Source: an uncultured Spirochaetota bacterium (lineage in GTDB: Bacteria; Spirochaetota; Spirochaetia; SZUA-6; Fen-1364). From it: DNA of 64,000 nt. Numbering within the stretch: position 1 is the stretch's first letter; every line of letters starts with the position of its first letter. A model generated the notes under the pieces. It was not told the origin of the DNA. It saw only the letters and a program-made list of their open reading frames with translations, and searched no databases. A program made the position numbers and the translations under genes. The stretch covers positions 1,440,001-1,504,000 of the forward strand of contig CAWAHW010000002.1 in NCBI GenBank assembly GCA_963781885.1, given 5' to 3'. Below, piece after piece: positions 61,949 to 64,000 of this stretch.

Positions 61949-62117
61949 GCGTGAATGCTCCTCAGGGAATTTGCTTAACCTGGTAAAGTATATGCCGAAA
62001 ACGGCGTCGTGTCACCCCCCACGGTACAAGACCCTTTTTGCGCACTTCCCTGTTTCCGAATACCACGGCGTGTTTGTATCTTCTCACCCGCACAGTCGAT
62101 GTGAACCCGGGAGGGAA

Positions 62118-63209
62118 ATGATGGTGAAAAGACTTTTCAGCCTGACGCTCTGCCTGCTTCTGCTCGGCGCGGGCCTTGCCGCGGCGTCGGGAAACAGCGA
62201 GCCGGCTGCCGCACCCGTGACATGGACAGTCGTGGCGGGCGCCGAAACAGTCATGGAGCAGACCGAGCACGGCGTGATGGGCGCGTGGCAGTTCGCCAAG
62301 TTCTACCCCGACGTCCTCACCATCCATGTCGGTGACACCGTGAAGTTCACTTTCCCCACGACAATGGGTCATAACGTTGTCTTCATGCCGGCCGGTCAAC
62401 GCGCGGCGGAGCAATTCATCCCGGACGCCGCCGACAAGACGCGCATGCTGGTCAATCCGCTGGCCCTCACGCCGACCGCAGACGGCACATTCGATGGGTC
62501 AGCGGCCGTCAGCTCCGGGGTGCTTGCCGGTATGGATGGCATGGCGAAGGATTTCTCCGTCACCTTCACGAAACAGGGCACGTTCGGCTACGTCTGCACG
62601 CTGCATTCCGCGGTCGTGCCCATCGTGGGACCGGTCGGGATGGTGGGCAAGATCATCGTGAAGGGAGCGGGCGGCGGGCTTCCCATGACGCCGGACCAGG
62701 TGATGGCAAAGGAATCGGCGGACATCACCAGCGATATTGCAAGCGCGCAGGCCGTTGACGCCGAAGCGCGGACCGTGGCACAGCGCCCCGGCCCGAACGG
62801 CACGACGATCTACACGGTCAATATCGGTTATGCGACAAAGACGGAAGGCGAGTTTCTCCGGTTCGGGGCAAGCGATCTCGGCATCAAGGTGGGAGATACG
62901 GTCGAATGGGTTCAGAAATCCGCCCAGGCGCCGCACACGGTGTCATTCTTCTCGGGAGGGACCGAGACGCCGGAGACCATCGATGACGGCGGCACGCAGT
63001 ACCAGAACCCCGCCGCGCTGGCCCCTGTCGGAGGGAAAACGTACGACGGAACGGGGGTCGTGAGCTCGGGCTTCCTCAACGGAACGAAAAACCCGGCGCC
63101 GGGACCACGAACGTACAGCCTCACCTTCACGGCCCCCGGTCATTTTGAATACATCTGCATCCCCCATGATGAAATGGGAATGATGGCGTACATTACCGTG
63201 ACACAGTAG
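62118..63209 (+). CDS. Exported tandem cupredoxin (two putative type-1 copper sites)
   Basis: Signal peptide; HNV..YVCTLH..GM and HTV..YICIPH..GM. Confidence 0.82.
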   Translation: MMVKRLFSLTLCLLLLGAGLAAASGNSEPAAAPVTWTVVAGAETVMEQTEHGVMGAWQFAKFYPDVLTIHVGDTVKFTFPTTMGHNVVFMPAGQRAAEQFIPDAADKTRMLVNPLALTPTADGTFDGSAAVSSGVLAGMDGMAKDFSVTFTKQGTFGYVCTLHSAVVPIVGPVGMVGKIIVKGAGGGLPMTPDQVMAKESADITSDIASAQAVDAEARTVAQRPGPNGTTIYTVNIGYATKTEGEFLRFGASDLGIKVGDTVEWVQKSAQAPHTVSFFSGGTETPETIDDGGTQYQNPAALAPVGGKTYDGTGVVSSGFLNGTKNPAPGPRTYSLTFTAPGHFEYICIPHDEMGMMAYITVTQ

Positions 63210-63224
63210 ATTGGAGGCGGGCAG

Positions 63225-63809
63225 GTGAAAAGGAAAGTTGCGATCATTGGCAAGGGGCACGCGGGAAGCGCTCTGCAGGAGGGAGCTTCTCGCGCAGGCT
63301 ATGAAACGAAGATGGTGGGAAAGGGGCCGGGAGTGACCGAGGCCGCCGCCTGGGGTGACCTCATCATTCTTGCCGCTCCCTTCAGCGCGGTCGAATCCAT
63401 CATCGCGGAGATCGGATCGCTCGTCCGTGGAAAAACGGTGGTCGACGTGACAAATGTCCTGGGGCCCAACGGGCAGCTTGCGCTGGGATTCAGCACGAGC
63501 GGCGCGGAGCAGCTGCAGAAAAAGGCCCCCTCCGCGAAGATCGTGAAGGCATTCAACGCCGTTTTTTCGGCGAATATGGCAAGCGGAAAGATCGATGGCA
63601 CGCCGATTTCCTGTTTTGTTGCCGGGGATGACGCAGCCGCCAAGGCGGAGGTCATGACGCTCGCGCGCGACATCGGCTTCGAAGCGGTGGACGCCGGCCC
63701 TCTCACGGGAGCGCGGTGGCTGGAGGCGATGGGCTTCGGCATGATCCAGCTCGGCTATGTCGTGAACAAGGGCCTGGGCACGTCCATCGGCTTCGTGCTC
63801 AAGAAATAG
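63225..63809 (+). CDS. F420-dependent NADP oxidoreductase-like Rossmann protein
   Basis: IIGKGHAG, VVDVTN, VKAFN, AGDD, DAGPL. Confidence 0.85.
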   Translation: MKRKVAIIGKGHAGSALQEGASRAGYETKMVGKGPGVTEAAAWGDLIILAAPFSAVESIIAEIGSLVRGKTVVDVTNVLGPNGQLALGFSTSGAEQLQKKAPSAKIVKAFNAVFSANMASGKIDGTPISCFVAGDDAAAKAEVMTLARDIGFEAVDAGPLTGARWLEAMGFGMIQLGYVVNKGLGTSIGFVLKK

Positions 63810-63899
63810 AGCCCTCCAGATCACGCCCCTCCCCGATTCTTCGTGGCGCGCGACCCGGGGTGCTTTTGCGTGCTATAGTGCGTGCAGAGCGCGCCGGAG

Positions 63900-64000
63900 A
63901 TGAGGCTGCACGGAGACGAAATCCCCCCTTCCTTTTTGCCTCCCGGTTGGCGGGATGCGTTGCGCATCGCGGGCAGCGCCGCCATTTATTTCCTTGCAAT
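63900..64000 (+). CDS. Possible 5' end of a membrane protein (runs off window)
   Basis: Upstream TATAGT; ATG-open frame to window end ending ...RIAGSAAIYFLA. Confidence 0.3.
   Translation, partial: MRLHGDEIPPSFLPPGWRDALRIAGSAAIYFLA

Noticed and set aside
4004-61954. Many long antisense or off-frame ORFs (e.g. 4004-5659, 15501-17048, 31464-33575, 60740-61954)
   Set aside because: Shadow ORFs expected from high GC3 codon bias opposite well-supported genes; no motifs of their own.
51623-64000. Integrative element or prophage at the tmRNA 3' end
   Set aside because: No integrase, phage genes or duplicated ssrA 3' end seen within the window.
63870-64000. Riboswitch-like leader (GGAGATG...) at window end
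   Set aside because: No convincing aptamer pairing; reads better as the start of a truncated CDS.

Overview
High-GC chromosomal window from a spirochaete (Spirochaetia-like: long TPR-extended GreA, kinase-less RibF, tamB-bamA-skp, tandem lepB, yebC-ruvCAB-queA). About 51 kb is housekeeping: greA; a ~20 kb minus-strand run rimP-nusA-infB-rbfA-truB-ribF-rpsO-pnp-M16-dut-lptFG-ROK-tgt-NlpC/P60-murJ-HEAT; mutS/comF; tonB-tamB-bamA-skp-ruvX; tmk; yebC-ruvCAB-queA; lepB x2-hemW; smpB-ssrA. An accessory block follows tmRNA (giant ankyrin protein, lipoprotein, two small FlgM-motif/HTH paralogues, MFS-MarR-ABC, di-cupredoxin). The standout is a nested mobile element at 44275-45898: an IS110-family (IS1111-type) element whose 3' non-coding region folds into a bridge/seek-RNA-like structure. 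Its guide segments can be matched by eye to both the element's circle junction and its insertion site, and that site is the terminal inverted repeat of a ~120 bp MITE-like element that still has a 10-bp target duplication. Other items: several apparently leaderless sigma70 genes, a 30-bp repeat forming a uORF coupled to ruvC, and a GAA mini-hairpin cluster before tmRNA. About ten single-base frameshifts in conserved genes look like long-read indel errors. All calls are by eye, with no database searches.
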